IMG/VR virus record: IMGVR_UViG_3300027867_000006
Coordinates: 1 to 63,521 of that record
Source: a virus
Taxonomy: Duplodnaviria > Caudoviricetes
Direction: 5' to 3' (one strand)
DNA: 63,521 nucleotides
Shown here: positions 37,150-46,091 of the stretch, in pieces
Layout: the number at the start of each line of letters is the position of its first letter
Position numbering within the stretch: position 1 is the first letter of the stretch
The notes under the pieces: generated by a model
Database searches by the model: none
Seen by the model: only the letters and a program-made list of their open reading frames with translations
What the model was told of the DNA's origin: nothing
Position numbers and translations under genes: made by a program

Positions 37150-38637
37150 TCAGCGATTCACGTTGATTGTTACGTCCACCGTCCGGACGGCTCCAGCCAG
37201 TTTCACCGCCACCTGGATTGGGACCGATTTTCTTGCAGCTCGATCAGCGGGGTTCTGCGTATTGACATCGGGCGCGAAGACGTAGAATCCCTTTGCCAGG
37301 AAGTCGCCTTGATTCAGAATACCGAATCCCGCCGAATTCCACTGTCCCGGCGCAAGCAGGCCATTAGCGACCCCTTGCGAGCAGACCGATTCGATCGTCG
37401 TGACAATCAGGTGCTCGCCTGAGTTCGTTTGCGGGATCTTCGTCGGCGAAGTAAACAGTAGGTTGAAGACGCTGTTCTGAATCGTCACGGCCAGCCAGTC
37501 GGTTCCAGTGATAATATCCAGCGGATCGCCGGAAGTCATATTGCCCAACTGAATGATCGCTGTGTCGTTCTGGTACGCCGCGACTACGTTGGCGTTATTC
37601 GCCGCAGCGGCATCCGCTTGACTTTCAGTCAGGTTCTCCGGGATGATTCCGGGCTCCTGTTTATACATCAAGTCGATCACGGTGTTGTTTCCCGTGTAGT
37701 CGACCGTGATGCCCCGAGCGAGCGCCGAGCAGACTGCGTAGGGGTTCGTCGAGCTGTACTGCACGAAGGAGCGCTTGTACTTCAGCTGCGTAAGCAGATA
37801 GGCGATGTTGGAGGTGTCCACCGGTGAAATAGCTCCACCTTCCTGCGTCGTGACGCCGAAGATGTGTTTGGTGTTCGTCCCTTCGATGTACGGAGCGATC
37901 GCCAAGGAATCGGCGTCCACCGAACCAAGCACCGTGACCGCATACCAGGTCTGTCCAAACAGCTGATCGAACAGGGTGACCGCAGCGACCGCAGACTCAG
38001 CCGCCATGCCCGGAACAAGGTAATTCCCCTGGCCCGCTTGTCCGAAGAGAAGAGCGGAGATATCGGTGACAGCTGCTGTGGTCAGGAATGAAACAGACGA
38101 AGCTGCGCCAGTTGCGACGGACTCGAATTCGAACCGGTTGTACACTGCGTTGTAAGTGCAAACGCAACCAGCTAAGGCCGCGGTGATCGCCGCAGCGACG
38201 CCATTCAGATTCAGCTCCCCGTTGAAATCAATGCCGTTAATCGGCGTGACGCCGGCCCCATTGATGTTGATCCCAAACGAGCCGTTGCTGATCGCTTGCC
38301 AAGTGGTAATATTCGAGCTTGTGGCATCGAGAGTTCCACCGATCAGCTTGCCGCTCGTTGGGTTAGCTGCCCAACGGCCGATCGACAAGTTATTGGGTTG
38401 GGGGTTTTGTTCGAACCAGAGCACAGCCGCCAGATATTCCGGCAGCAGCGTGCCAAAATCCGCGGCGACTTCGCCTAGCGTCGTGTAGTTCCGGATCCGC
38501 TGGACGGTGTCGATCACGTCGGACGAACCCAGAACCAACAGGTTGTTCAAGCTCTGAGCTTGAGCCGCCTGCGGCGTCAGGATCACATCGACGTTGATGA
38601 GTCGGCTGATCGGAAGAGAATTCGACATGATCATCAC
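37150..38637 (-). CDS. Tail sheath protein (DUF3383)
   Basis: LPISRLINV; FGTLLPEY; MYKQEPG; KIPQT; KLAGAV. Confidence 0.9.
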   Translation of the reverse strand: MMIMSNSLPISRLINVDVILTPQAAQAQSLNNLLVLGSSDVIDTVQRIRNYTTLGEVAADFGTLLPEYLAAVLWFEQNPQPNNLSIGRWAANPTSGKLIGGTLDATSSNITTWQAISNGSFGININGAGVTPINGIDFNGELNLNGVAAAITAALAGCVCTYNAVYNRFEFESVATGAASSVSFLTTAAVTDISALLFGQAGQGNYLVPGMAAESAVAAVTLFDQLFGQTWYAVTVLGSVDADSLAIAPYIEGTNTKHIFGVTTQEGGAISPVDTSNIAYLLTQLKYKRSFVQYSSTNPYAVCSALARGITVDYTGNNTVIDLMYKQEPGIIPENLTESQADAAAANNANVVAAYQNDTAIIQLGNMTSGDPLDIITGTDWLAVTIQNSVFNLLFTSPTKIPQTNSGEHLIVTTIESVCSQGVANGLLAPGQWNSAGFGILNQGDFLAKGFYVFAPDVNTQNPADRAARKSVPIQVAVKLAGAVRTVDVTINVNR

Positions 38638-38646
38638 TCCTAGCAG

Positions 38647-39252
38647 TTACGGGCCATTAACGGTAAATGGGGTCACTCTCTCCTGCGGACTCGAGACGTC
38701 ATTGATGATGACGCCCTGAGCCGACCGGAGAGTGAGAATCGGATACACGCGACGGACTTGCCGTCGCAGACTGAGGTTCATGTCGTACTTCCTGAGCCAT
38801 CGGTCTTTCACTAGGGACGGAACCGAAATAATTTCTCCGGTCTCGAGGAATCCCATCCCAACGGATTCCAGCACCGCTAGGTTCTGACTTATTTGGATCC
38901 CGTCTCGAACTTGAGAGAGAATAGAAACAGCATCATCTCCGTAGGACGACAAGAGGATCTCTAAGGTCTCGTGGCGCTGGAGGGTATCGGATCCTTCCCC
39001 ATCGGAATCGTGTTCGAGATAAGCGTAAGCGTCCGCAGCGAATCGAGACACGCCGAAAGACATCCAGTTCACGCCGAAGGTTTCGATATTTGGGGGCTCA
39101 GGCTGCCACCGCGGGCGTACCTCAGTTCCATCAAGTCCCGATAGGCCAACGAGCACGTCATGCAGAAACTTGTCGAGCGCCGCGTCCTGAAGCGGCACCG
39201 GCAGTGGAGCCCCTCCGGGAACAAGATATCCGCCGGTAGAAGAATCGTTCAT
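38647..39252 (-). CDS. Neck/tail terminator protein
   Basis: NDSSTGGYL...VRPRWQPEPP; gene order. Confidence 0.75.
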   Translation of the reverse strand: MNDSSTGGYLVPGGAPLPVPLQDAALDKFLHDVLVGLSGLDGTEVRPRWQPEPPNIETFGVNWMSFGVSRFAADAYAYLEHDSDGEGSDTLQRHETLEILLSSYGDDAVSILSQVRDGIQISQNLAVLESVGMGFLETGEIISVPSLVKDRWLRKYDMNLSLRRQVRRVYPILTLRSAQGVIINDVSSPQERVTPFTVNGP

Positions 39253-39635
39253 GACGCTGATTGATCCACGAGGTCCATGCTGCCCACGATCGCCTGGATG
39301 AATCCCTGACCATATTGAGAATATGGATCGACCGTCTTCACCACATAGGTGTCGCCGTTGAAAGTAATCGTATCCGGTTGGAATCCGGGCGACGGGCCAC
39401 GCAAACGGAACTTCGTCACTACGACTAGATTGCGTCCCATCCGCTGGTTGTCGTCCAACCGCTCGAGGTCATTCGGCCCGGCGGACGTGATGACGCACGG
39501 CACGTTCTTGTTTGGGGTCGAAGTGATCACTGATAGGCCCGAATTGGGGTCAATCGCTTCGGCGCGACGATTCACCGTGACTCTCGTAGCGAAGTACGGA
39601 TCGAGTAGCGCACTGGAGACGTTGAGATTGGCCAT
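39249..39635 (-). CDS. Head closure / head-tail adaptor
   Basis: LNVSSALLDPYF...LERL; YSQYGQGF. Confidence 0.75.
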   Translation of the reverse strand: MANLNVSSALLDPYFATRVTVNRRAEAIDPNSGLSVITSTPNKNVPCVITSAGPNDLERLDDNQRMGRNLVVVTKFRLRGPSPGFQPDTITFNGDTYVVKTVDPYSQYGQGFIQAIVGSMDLVDQSAS

Positions 39636-40180
39636 TAGGCGAATCTCCCCTGTCCACGATGAGTCTGCTTGCGCAACACGTAAGTGATCGACCGCAGCAA
39701 TTGACCCGTATCGATCAGCGGCGTGACCTGCGAGGGGCGAGTCGCTACGCGGCGATACTTGCTTCCCTTCGAACGCTTGCGGCGATGAGCGACCGTACTC
39801 GCCTTCAAAGGCGGCGGGATACCCGCCCGAATTCGAGCTTGGGCTGCTGACGCAGCCGATTGTCCTGCAGCGCTGAACGCCCTCAGCATGCGCTCGTGAT
39901 CGCTGGCAAACGCTGCGTCGCCGGCCTGCCGGAAGTACTTTTCGATCTTCTGACGCGCATCAACGATCCCAGGTCGAAGGAACGGCCGAGAGGGGATGTT
40001 CACTTCCGGCGCTCCATGTTCGTGGATGTAACCTAGTTCGGCGTTGGTGATTCCATCCTCGTCTTTGCGATCCGTCTTCGGCGCGGGGATCCCGACCAGG
40101 ACTTCGATCTTGGTCAACTGCATCATCGAAGCCACTACGGCTTCGAGATTGTTCCGGACAGTGACAGTTCCACTCTTCAT
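39635..40180 (-). CDS. Neck (tail completion) protein
   Basis: VLVGIP...NAELGYIHEHGAP..NIPSRPFL...PLIDTGQL. Confidence 0.85.
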   Translation of the reverse strand: MKSGTVTVRNNLEAVVASMMQLTKIEVLVGIPAPKTDRKDEDGITNAELGYIHEHGAPEVNIPSRPFLRPGIVDARQKIEKYFRQAGDAAFASDHERMLRAFSAAGQSAASAAQARIRAGIPPPLKASTVAHRRKRSKGSKYRRVATRPSQVTPLIDTGQLLRSITYVLRKQTHRGQGRFA

Positions 40181-40644
40181 TGGTTCATGTTCGGGAAGAG
40201 TCCTGTCCAGGGCCCCGGCCACGGACCGAATCCTGGAGTGCAGGCTCCAGGAACCCCAATCATCAACGGTCCGGCTCCGCATTGACGGGAGAGCTTGAGG
40301 AACTTCTGACCGTACTGAGTCAGAGCCCAGTGTCCGGCCTGATCCAATGAGGCAGCAGCAGTGTCGAACCCGATGGAGACCTTATCCACCGACTTGTTGT
40401 TGACGGGACCGATTGCCTCTCCAGGAACGCCACCGTTGTCGGCTTCGTCTTGCGCTCGACGAGCAAGGGAGACCTCATGAGCCGTGAAGAGCGAGACGCC
40501 GTGATCGGTCAATCGGCCGAATCGTTGAGCATTCACGCTAAGTACAGCGACGCTGATCCAATAGTCAATCAGTCCATTCGGGTATCGCTCTAGATCAGCG
40601 AACTCGAGGAAACTCTGACGGAAGGTGGCGGCCGAGACGGTCAC
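40177..40644 (-). CDS. Head-tail connector (DUF4054)
   Basis: FRQSFLEFAD...LFTAH...KSVDKVSI...TQYGQKF. Confidence 0.85.
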   Translation of the reverse strand: MTVSAATFRQSFLEFADLERYPNGLIDYWISVAVLSVNAQRFGRLTDHGVSLFTAHEVSLARRAQDEADNGGVPGEAIGPVNNKSVDKVSIGFDTAAASLDQAGHWALTQYGQKFLKLSRQCGAGPLMIGVPGACTPGFGPWPGPWTGLFPNMNQ

Positions 40645-40874
40645 TTGTTCTCGAAGAACTGCCCGCCGGGTTTCTCCCACAGCGCCCGGTTCTTCTCGTT
40701 CAGTTCAGCCGGAGTAACCGTAGAGGGAAGAAACGACGGGCCGGTGTCGTCCTTCGATTTGCCGGCTGTGTTCATCGCGATCGCCACCGCCTGCTTCTCG
40801 GGTTTCCCTTCCGCTCGCTCGGTGGCGATATTTTTGGAGATTGCTTCTTTCGATGATCCAGGTTCGAGCGGCAT
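40641..40874 (-). CDS. Small head-associated protein (MPL..G.S...IS.NI..E...GKP.KQAVAIA family)
   Basis: Motif familiar from phage head modules; followed by SKD. Confidence 0.75.
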   Translation of the reverse strand: MPLEPGSSKEAISKNIATERAEGKPEKQAVAIAMNTAGKSKDDTGPSFLPSTVTPAELNEKNRALWEKPGGQFFENK

Positions 40875-40883
40875 AACGTCTCC

Positions 40884-41381
40884 TTACTTGACGATGTGGG
40901 GAACCATCCCGTTGGCTTTCGAGTACGGGTGATCGAAGACGTGCTTCGCCACCTTCTGGACGCCTGCCGCGATTCGGATCTCCTGGCCCGCGATGATCGT
41001 GAGGCGGAATGGCTTCGGGACATTGACGAGGACCTTGCCTTCTTCGTCGGCCTCGGCCATAGCGATCGCCGCTTGATGTTCTTTCTGACGCTCGGTCTTC
41101 AGCTTAGCGGTCTTCTCGCGCAGAGCTTCGGCTCGTTTCTCGATCCGCGGTGTCAGCGAGGCGGGATCCATGAATCGATATTTCCCGGCGATCATCTGCG
41201 CTGCTTCGCTGGCCTTCATGCCACCTTCAGCGACAGACCTCGAGAACTCCTCGATCTGAGCGTCGGCGGCTGCCTGATCAGCTTTGCGCTTCTTCGCGGC
41301 TTCTTCTTGGGCCAGACGTTCCTTCTCATCCGACTCAGCTTGCAGTCGGCGTTTCTCTTCGTCTTTCGATTCCTTTGCCAT
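40884..41381 (-). CDS. Hypothetical head-region protein
   Basis: AAGGAG SD; coiled coil plus C-terminal VPKPFRL...GVQ..DHPYSKANG. Confidence 0.7.
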   Translation of the reverse strand: MAKESKDEEKRRLQAESDEKERLAQEEAAKKRKADQAAADAQIEEFSRSVAEGGMKASEAAQMIAGKYRFMDPASLTPRIEKRAEALREKTAKLKTERQKEHQAAIAMAEADEEGKVLVNVPKPFRLTIIAGQEIRIAAGVQKVAKHVFDHPYSKANGMVPHIVK

Positions 41382-41403
41382 GTCGTTCGCTCCTTGCGTT
41401 AGT

Positions 41404-41440
41404 GGAAAGAAAACGGCCCGGGGTTTTAGCCCGGGCCGTT
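41404..41440 (-). terminator. Rho-independent terminator after the major capsid gene
   Basis: AACGGCCCGGG/CCCGGGCCGTT stem followed by TTCTTT. Confidence 0.75.
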
Positions 41441-41472
41441 ATCGGGTAGCCCTTCAGGCCCGGAAGCTCTTC

Positions 41473-42654
41473 TCAGAAGGTCCCATCGACGTATCCGATT
41501 GTTTCCGGGTAGACTACCTCGACCACGCCCAGCTTGTTGAAGTAGGTCGTCTTGTGGTAGATCGAGTCGTACTGGATCGGTGTGCGCTGCAGCGGCACCA
41601 TCGGGAAGCGAACGCGCTTCTTGTCCTTGGTGTAGATGACCATCCGGTCGTGGCCCGCGCTGCCAGTGCCGATCGTCCCGCCGGCGCCTGCGCCATTGCA
41701 CCATTTGCACGGGAAGATGTCGAGCTTGCCCTTGCCCGTGGTGGTCAGCAGGTTGTTCTCCTGGATGTACTTCAGGATCGACATGTTGCCGGCCAGAGAG
41801 ACCTTCTGCGTGCTGATGTAACCGAACGCCGCAGTGGGCAGAAGGATTCTCGACGGGATCACCGCGAACGCGCTGTTGGTCCAGACCGCGCTCAGCGCTG
41901 TGTTGAAGTCCGTCAGGATTTCGTCCGGGGTCTTCGTAGTCCACAGCGGCGAGCCTGCGGCACCGTTTGCCGCGTTGGTGACCTGCGTCACCAGACTGTT
42001 GTTGACCAGACCGGTGACGTTCAGCGACGTGTCGCCGAAGTAGACCTGCTCGTCCACGTCCATCTGGTACTTGAGCTGCAGCCCGTCGAACTTTTGCTGA
42101 TCGATCGGGCGGCCAGCCTTGGCGGCGGACTCGAGTTCGAAGATCGTGTACTTCAGCTCCATGCCCCACGGCGTCAGGGCATGCGGGACTTTCGCCAGGT
42201 CGATCCCAATGCCGCCGATCTGGTCGGCGTTTCGGCCGATCCAGGACTTGCCGGTGCCGATCGCGGCTTGACCTCCCATGCCCGAGGCGGCGCCGTAAGT
42301 CGTGAGCGTGAAGCTCGAGATGTCGTCGGCCAGCGTGACGTCCTCGCGCAGATCGATGTCTCGACCCCAGCTGACTTCGACCAGGGGCTCATGCATCGTC
42401 GGGTCGAGTCGTTCCAGCTCTCCGACGAAGAACGCGCCGGTGGAGTCCACGAACTTGCCGTCCCAGGTATTGACGCCGGGCCGGCTGCCCGGACCCCCGA
42501 AGGCCAGCGGATTCCCGGGGTGAACCGGGAAGCGGCCGCCGATGTCCATGACCGGAACGCGGTTCTGGTCATAAGTGAACATCGCGTGGTCTCGCGTGAA
42601 GGCGCGTCCCACCGCCCGGCCCAGCGGCGCTTGTTCGATCAGACTGGCTTTCAT
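41473..42654 (-). CDS. Major capsid protein (DUF2184)
   Basis: GAFFVGELERLD...WGRDIDLREDV; GRPIDQQK; VEVVYPET. Confidence 0.9.
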   Translation of the reverse strand: MKASLIEQAPLGRAVGRAFTRDHAMFTYDQNRVPVMDIGGRFPVHPGNPLAFGGPGSRPGVNTWDGKFVDSTGAFFVGELERLDPTMHEPLVEVSWGRDIDLREDVTLADDISSFTLTTYGAASGMGGQAAIGTGKSWIGRNADQIGGIGIDLAKVPHALTPWGMELKYTIFELESAAKAGRPIDQQKFDGLQLKYQMDVDEQVYFGDTSLNVTGLVNNSLVTQVTNAANGAAGSPLWTTKTPDEILTDFNTALSAVWTNSAFAVIPSRILLPTAAFGYISTQKVSLAGNMSILKYIQENNLLTTTGKGKLDIFPCKWCNGAGAGGTIGTGSAGHDRMVIYTKDKKRVRFPMVPLQRTPIQYDSIYHKTTYFNKLGVVEVVYPETIGYVDGTF

Positions 42655-42696
42655 TTCGTATCTCCTTTTCGAATTGTTTAGGGCCGAGCTTGCCGG

Positions 42697-43356
42697 TTAC
42701 CGGACGTAGACTTCGGCAACGCCGTTGGCGTCCGGGCCGCCAGCGAAGGCGTAGCGGTTGACGTCCAGCGCCGCAGTGTCGCCACCGGTTGCCGCAGTTT
42801 CGATCCCACCCTGAAGGTGAATGGTGCTGGTAGCTGCGCACCAGACGAACACCGGGTCGCCTTTGACGGGTTTCTGCGTGATGTCGTTCAGCTGCACCAT
42901 GATGTAGCCGAAGCGCAGAACATCGATTTCGCCTGTGGTGGGCGGCGTCGCTGCCCCGAAAGTCGTGGCTCCCATGTCGGCGATCGTGCCGCGCTGCTGC
43001 GCCGGATACGGACGAGCGATAAATCCCCAAGCGTTGGTGACGGCGGTGTCACCCGCGATGAAACCGCGAACCCCGCCGGAAGCGACCCCACCTGGCCCGT
43101 TCGCAGCATCCGCCGTGTCGTTGATGATCACCGGGTAGCCGTACCCGAGCGGCGGGTTGCTGGTGCAGATCAGATTCGGCTCGACCGAAGCCGGGTGCGT
43201 GCGGTTGACGTCACCGGGGAATCCTGCCCCCATCCGAAACGGGAAGGCCGATGCATCGTATGCATCGAATGTCGCATGACGACCCCGTTGGATCGGGCCC
43301 GAGTGGCCCCAGGGGAACATAGCGGCCACAGCGGCGGCGAGGGTTTTCAGTTTCAT
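42697..43356 (-). CDS. Capsid decoration (cement) protein
   Basis: FRMGAGFPGDVNR; ARPYP; VLRFGYIMV; position before the MCP gene. Confidence 0.8.
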   Translation of the reverse strand: MKLKTLAAAVAAMFPWGHSGPIQRGRHATFDAYDASAFPFRMGAGFPGDVNRTHPASVEPNLICTSNPPLGYGYPVIINDTADAANGPGGVASGGVRGFIAGDTAVTNAWGFIARPYPAQQRGTIADMGATTFGAATPPTTGEIDVLRFGYIMVQLNDITQKPVKGDPVFVWCAATSTIHLQGGIETAATGGDTAALDVNRYAFAGGPDANGVAEVYVR

Positions 43357-43397
43357 TTCAATCTCCTTTGCGGGAATAGGTCGCGTGGCTCTGCGGA

Positions 43398-44759
43398 TCA
43401 GGCGCCGTAGAACTTCTTGTTCGCCTCGTTGATGTCGGCGGGCATTCGAGTCAGACCACCTTTGGCTGTATCTCGGTTGGACTGGTGTCTGCCCTTGTCG
43501 GTTTGCAGATTGTTCTTCGCCTTGCGGATTGCCACCGCAGCGCGAAATAGCGCACGCTCCGATGTGCAGCTCAGCGAATCCATCACCAGCGGACGGCCAC
43601 CATTCGCGGATTCGATGATGGTACGCCCCTCGGGCGTCGCATAAGCGAGCTCGAGCGACTTGCGGCGCAGACCGCAGATCGCATCGAGGGTTTTCTTCGG
43701 GGAGGCCTTGCCATCGAAAGTCGGGACGCCGATGCCGGGCGCGAGAATTTCGGCGCCAGAGATGGCTTCCTGGAACGAGACATCGAGGAACGCACTGTCC
43801 TTAGCCTTGCGAGCCTTGTCGCCGGTGCCGGCCGGGGCTTCTTCCTCCAGCTGCCCTTCGATCGCTTCTTCGCCCGCAGCGTCTTCCATGCCCGTGTGGG
43901 CTTTCAGCGCAGCGATGTCGTCGCGGAATTCGGTGTGATCGGCGTCGTTCTGCATCCGATAGGCCTCGTGGTCCTCGTCGGAGAACTTGCTCGACGCGCC
44001 GCCAGTGTGCATGTGGATGTGGGTATCGGCGTCCGGATCATCGTCCTTCGCCTCGAGCCCTTCGGGCATCGCCGCTTCGTCCAGGATTCGAGCCAGCGTG
44101 GCTTCGTCCTTGGTCTTCAGGGCTTCACGGAGACTCTTGGAAATTCCATCCCACCAGACCTTGACTTTCTGGGACGGCTTCAGGTTGGCAGCATCATCGA
44201 TGGTACGGGTTTTCATGGCATCTCCTTTGGAATCTCGAATTGCGCAGACTGGACCGCAGCGGCCGTTATCGACCAGCGCGATGTGATTGGCGAGCATATC
44301 ATATTGGCGGCCGCGACCGGGCGCAAGCTCTTCGTACTCGGCGTCATACCCCAGAGAAATCTCCACCTTCCCATCGAGGACCTCCTGGATGGCTCGAGCT
44401 TCCATGATGAGAAGATCTCCGACGATGTAGTCGGAGAGTTCTCCAGTGCCACGGCGCGGGTTCTGACCGATCCCGCGGGCGTACTGAACCCAGTTGTCCG
44501 GGTTGACGTCGCGAGGCGGGTGATCGTTGCAGACTGGCTTGCCGGCGAGCGACAGAATGAACGTCGGATTGAAGACGTCCTTCTCTTCGCGCACGATCGT
44601 GATTGTGCCGTCCGGCCCCGGGGTGATCGGCACTTCGCGGGGACCGTAGATCATTTCCCCCGTCCGAGCGAGCGGAACCTCCTCGCACAACAGGTAGCCC
44701 TCGGGCGTCCGTGAACGCTTCGGGCCGAGCTGTGTGGTGGTGTAGTACCGCTTGCTCAT
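43398..44759 (-). CDS. Prohead protease/scaffold (DUF2213)
   Basis: TPEGYLLC..VPLARTG; HP; EISLGY; NHIALVDNGRCG. Confidence 0.9.
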   Translation of the reverse strand: MSKRYYTTTQLGPKRSRTPEGYLLCEEVPLARTGEMIYGPREVPITPGPDGTITIVREEKDVFNPTFILSLAGKPVCNDHPPRDVNPDNWVQYARGIGQNPRRGTGELSDYIVGDLLIMEARAIQEVLDGKVEISLGYDAEYEELAPGRGRQYDMLANHIALVDNGRCGPVCAIRDSKGDAMKTRTIDDAANLKPSQKVKVWWDGISKSLREALKTKDEATLARILDEAAMPEGLEAKDDDPDADTHIHMHTGGASSKFSDEDHEAYRMQNDADHTEFRDDIAALKAHTGMEDAAGEEAIEGQLEEEAPAGTGDKARKAKDSAFLDVSFQEAISGAEILAPGIGVPTFDGKASPKKTLDAICGLRRKSLELAYATPEGRTIIESANGGRPLVMDSLSCTSERALFRAAVAIRKAKNNLQTDKGRHQSNRDTAKGGLTRMPADINEANKKFYGA

Positions 44760-45235
44760 TACTGAACGGAGCAGCCGATGGTGCCAGTGACGATCGGGGT
44801 AGTTCCCCCGACGGTGACGGAAACTCGCCACGCAGCGGCCACCGGGAAGGAGGCGGTCGAGTTGGACGCATTCACCATATCCGCGCCCATCGCGATCGGG
44901 TTGGCTGCGGTGGAGCTGGTGATGGCGGAGCTGGTGATCACGTCGTAGTACTGGCCGCTGGCGGCGTCCTTGTTCTGGATCTTGAAGGTAGTCGACGGCG
45001 AGTTGGTGAAGGTCGACTGCCGAAAGACGCAGATGACCCGCGTGACGTTGAAGCCAGACTGGTCGGCGCTGACCAGTGTGCCTGCGGTCTGAGCGGAGAG
45101 GGAGCGGACGTTCCCGAGGTCTCGAGTCAGCGGCGTGATCGCCTGGAACGCGCCGGCGGGTTGAGCGTGGCTCGGAACCGAGCAGGCCAGCGCCAGAACG
45201 ATCAGTGCAGAGATGGAGACAAGAAGTTTTCTCAT
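44759..45235 (-). CDS. Signal-peptide-bearing beta-sandwich protein (paralogue of 53836-54273)
   Basis: MRKLLVSISALIVLALACSVPSHA|Q; SGQYYDVITS; WRVSV; 2 Cys in the mature chain. Confidence 0.75.
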   Translation of the reverse strand: MRKLLVSISALIVLALACSVPSHAQPAGAFQAITPLTRDLGNVRSLSAQTAGTLVSADQSGFNVTRVICVFRQSTFTNSPSTTFKIQNKDAASGQYYDVITSSAITSSTAANPIAMGADMVNASNSTASFPVAAAWRVSVTVGGTTPIVTGTIGCSVQ

Positions 45236-45320
45236 GGCGTTGGGCCCTTTTGAGATGATGTGTTCAGCGTGCTCATTATAATTCGCCTCGGTCGTGGAGA
45301 TTAGTTATAAAAGTTACAGG

Positions 45321-46091
45321 TCAGACTACATCTGGCAAGACCGGTTCCATAGAACATCGGCAATTGGGCCCCATCCCCGCGTGATACCTCACGCCATTCT
45401 CTCCGGCGATCGGGGGGTCGTCCCACCTCACCACTTTGCCTTCGAGCTTCTTGTGCTCAGGGCGGACATCCGCATCGCCAGCGGTTCTCCATATATACGC
45501 CTCGCTTCCAATGTGAAGCGAACGCGCCTCGGTCAATGCACCGGCAACACGACCCGTCTCCGTACGAGCGATCAGCTCAGCACGCCCCCTTGTGACGTGG
45601 CCGGTCTTCATGATTTCCTTCGCTAGTTCACCCGCCCTCGAGCCAGTGGTCATAGCCTCGGTGGCAATCCGGTGAACGCGCTTCGCGGCTTCCAGAGGCA
45701 GACTGGTGATCAAATCGACTTGCTCGGCAAGACGCTGGCGCATGATCGCGCCTGTAGGCGCGTTGCGAATCTCTTGTCGCAAGGCGCGTCCGATGTCTCT
45801 TCCCGCTTCGGCCCAAGCGCGTTCGTCTCGCTGAGCTACCTCTCGGATGAATCGATCAGCCGCCGCAGTCGCCCAGGGGCGGATCATATCCGCATAGCGA
45901 TTCAACGTGGACGTCAGCTCCGATAGGTTAGTCACTTCACCTCGAGGGGCGAAGCCTCGAACGATGTTGCCGACTTGTGTTGCGACCTGGCGCAGCTGCC
46001 GAGCGTAAGACTCCTCAGCGCGACGCGCCTTCGCGAACCTGAGGCGCGTGGCCTGGCGACGTTGGCGGGCGCTAGGAGCGCGTGCGGCCAT
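45321..46091 (-). CDS. Minor head protein (Mu gpF / SPP1 gp7)
   Basis: RAELIARTE; YIWRTAGDADVRPEH; GPNCRC. Confidence 0.9.
   Translation of the reverse strand: MAARAPSARQRRQATRLRFAKARRAEESYARQLRQVATQVGNIVRGFAPRGEVTNLSELTSTLNRYADMIRPWATAAADRFIREVAQRDERAWAEAGRDIGRALRQEIRNAPTGAIMRQRLAEQVDLITSLPLEAAKRVHRIATEAMTTGSRAGELAKEIMKTGHVTRGRAELIARTETGRVAGALTEARSLHIGSEAYIWRTAGDADVRPEHKKLEGKVVRWDDPPIAGENGVRYHAGMGPNCRCSMEPVLPDVV

Noticed and set aside
41284-42681. Long antisense ORFs opposite the MCP, portal, terminase and fibre genes
   Set aside because: Expected from GC-rich codon bias; no SD sequences or recognisable motifs.
42697-43356. Signal peptide on the decoration protein (MKLKTLAAAVAAMFPW)
   Set aside because: The hydrophobic stretch is short and has no AxA site. 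It is better explained as a propeptide ending at ATFD/AYD.
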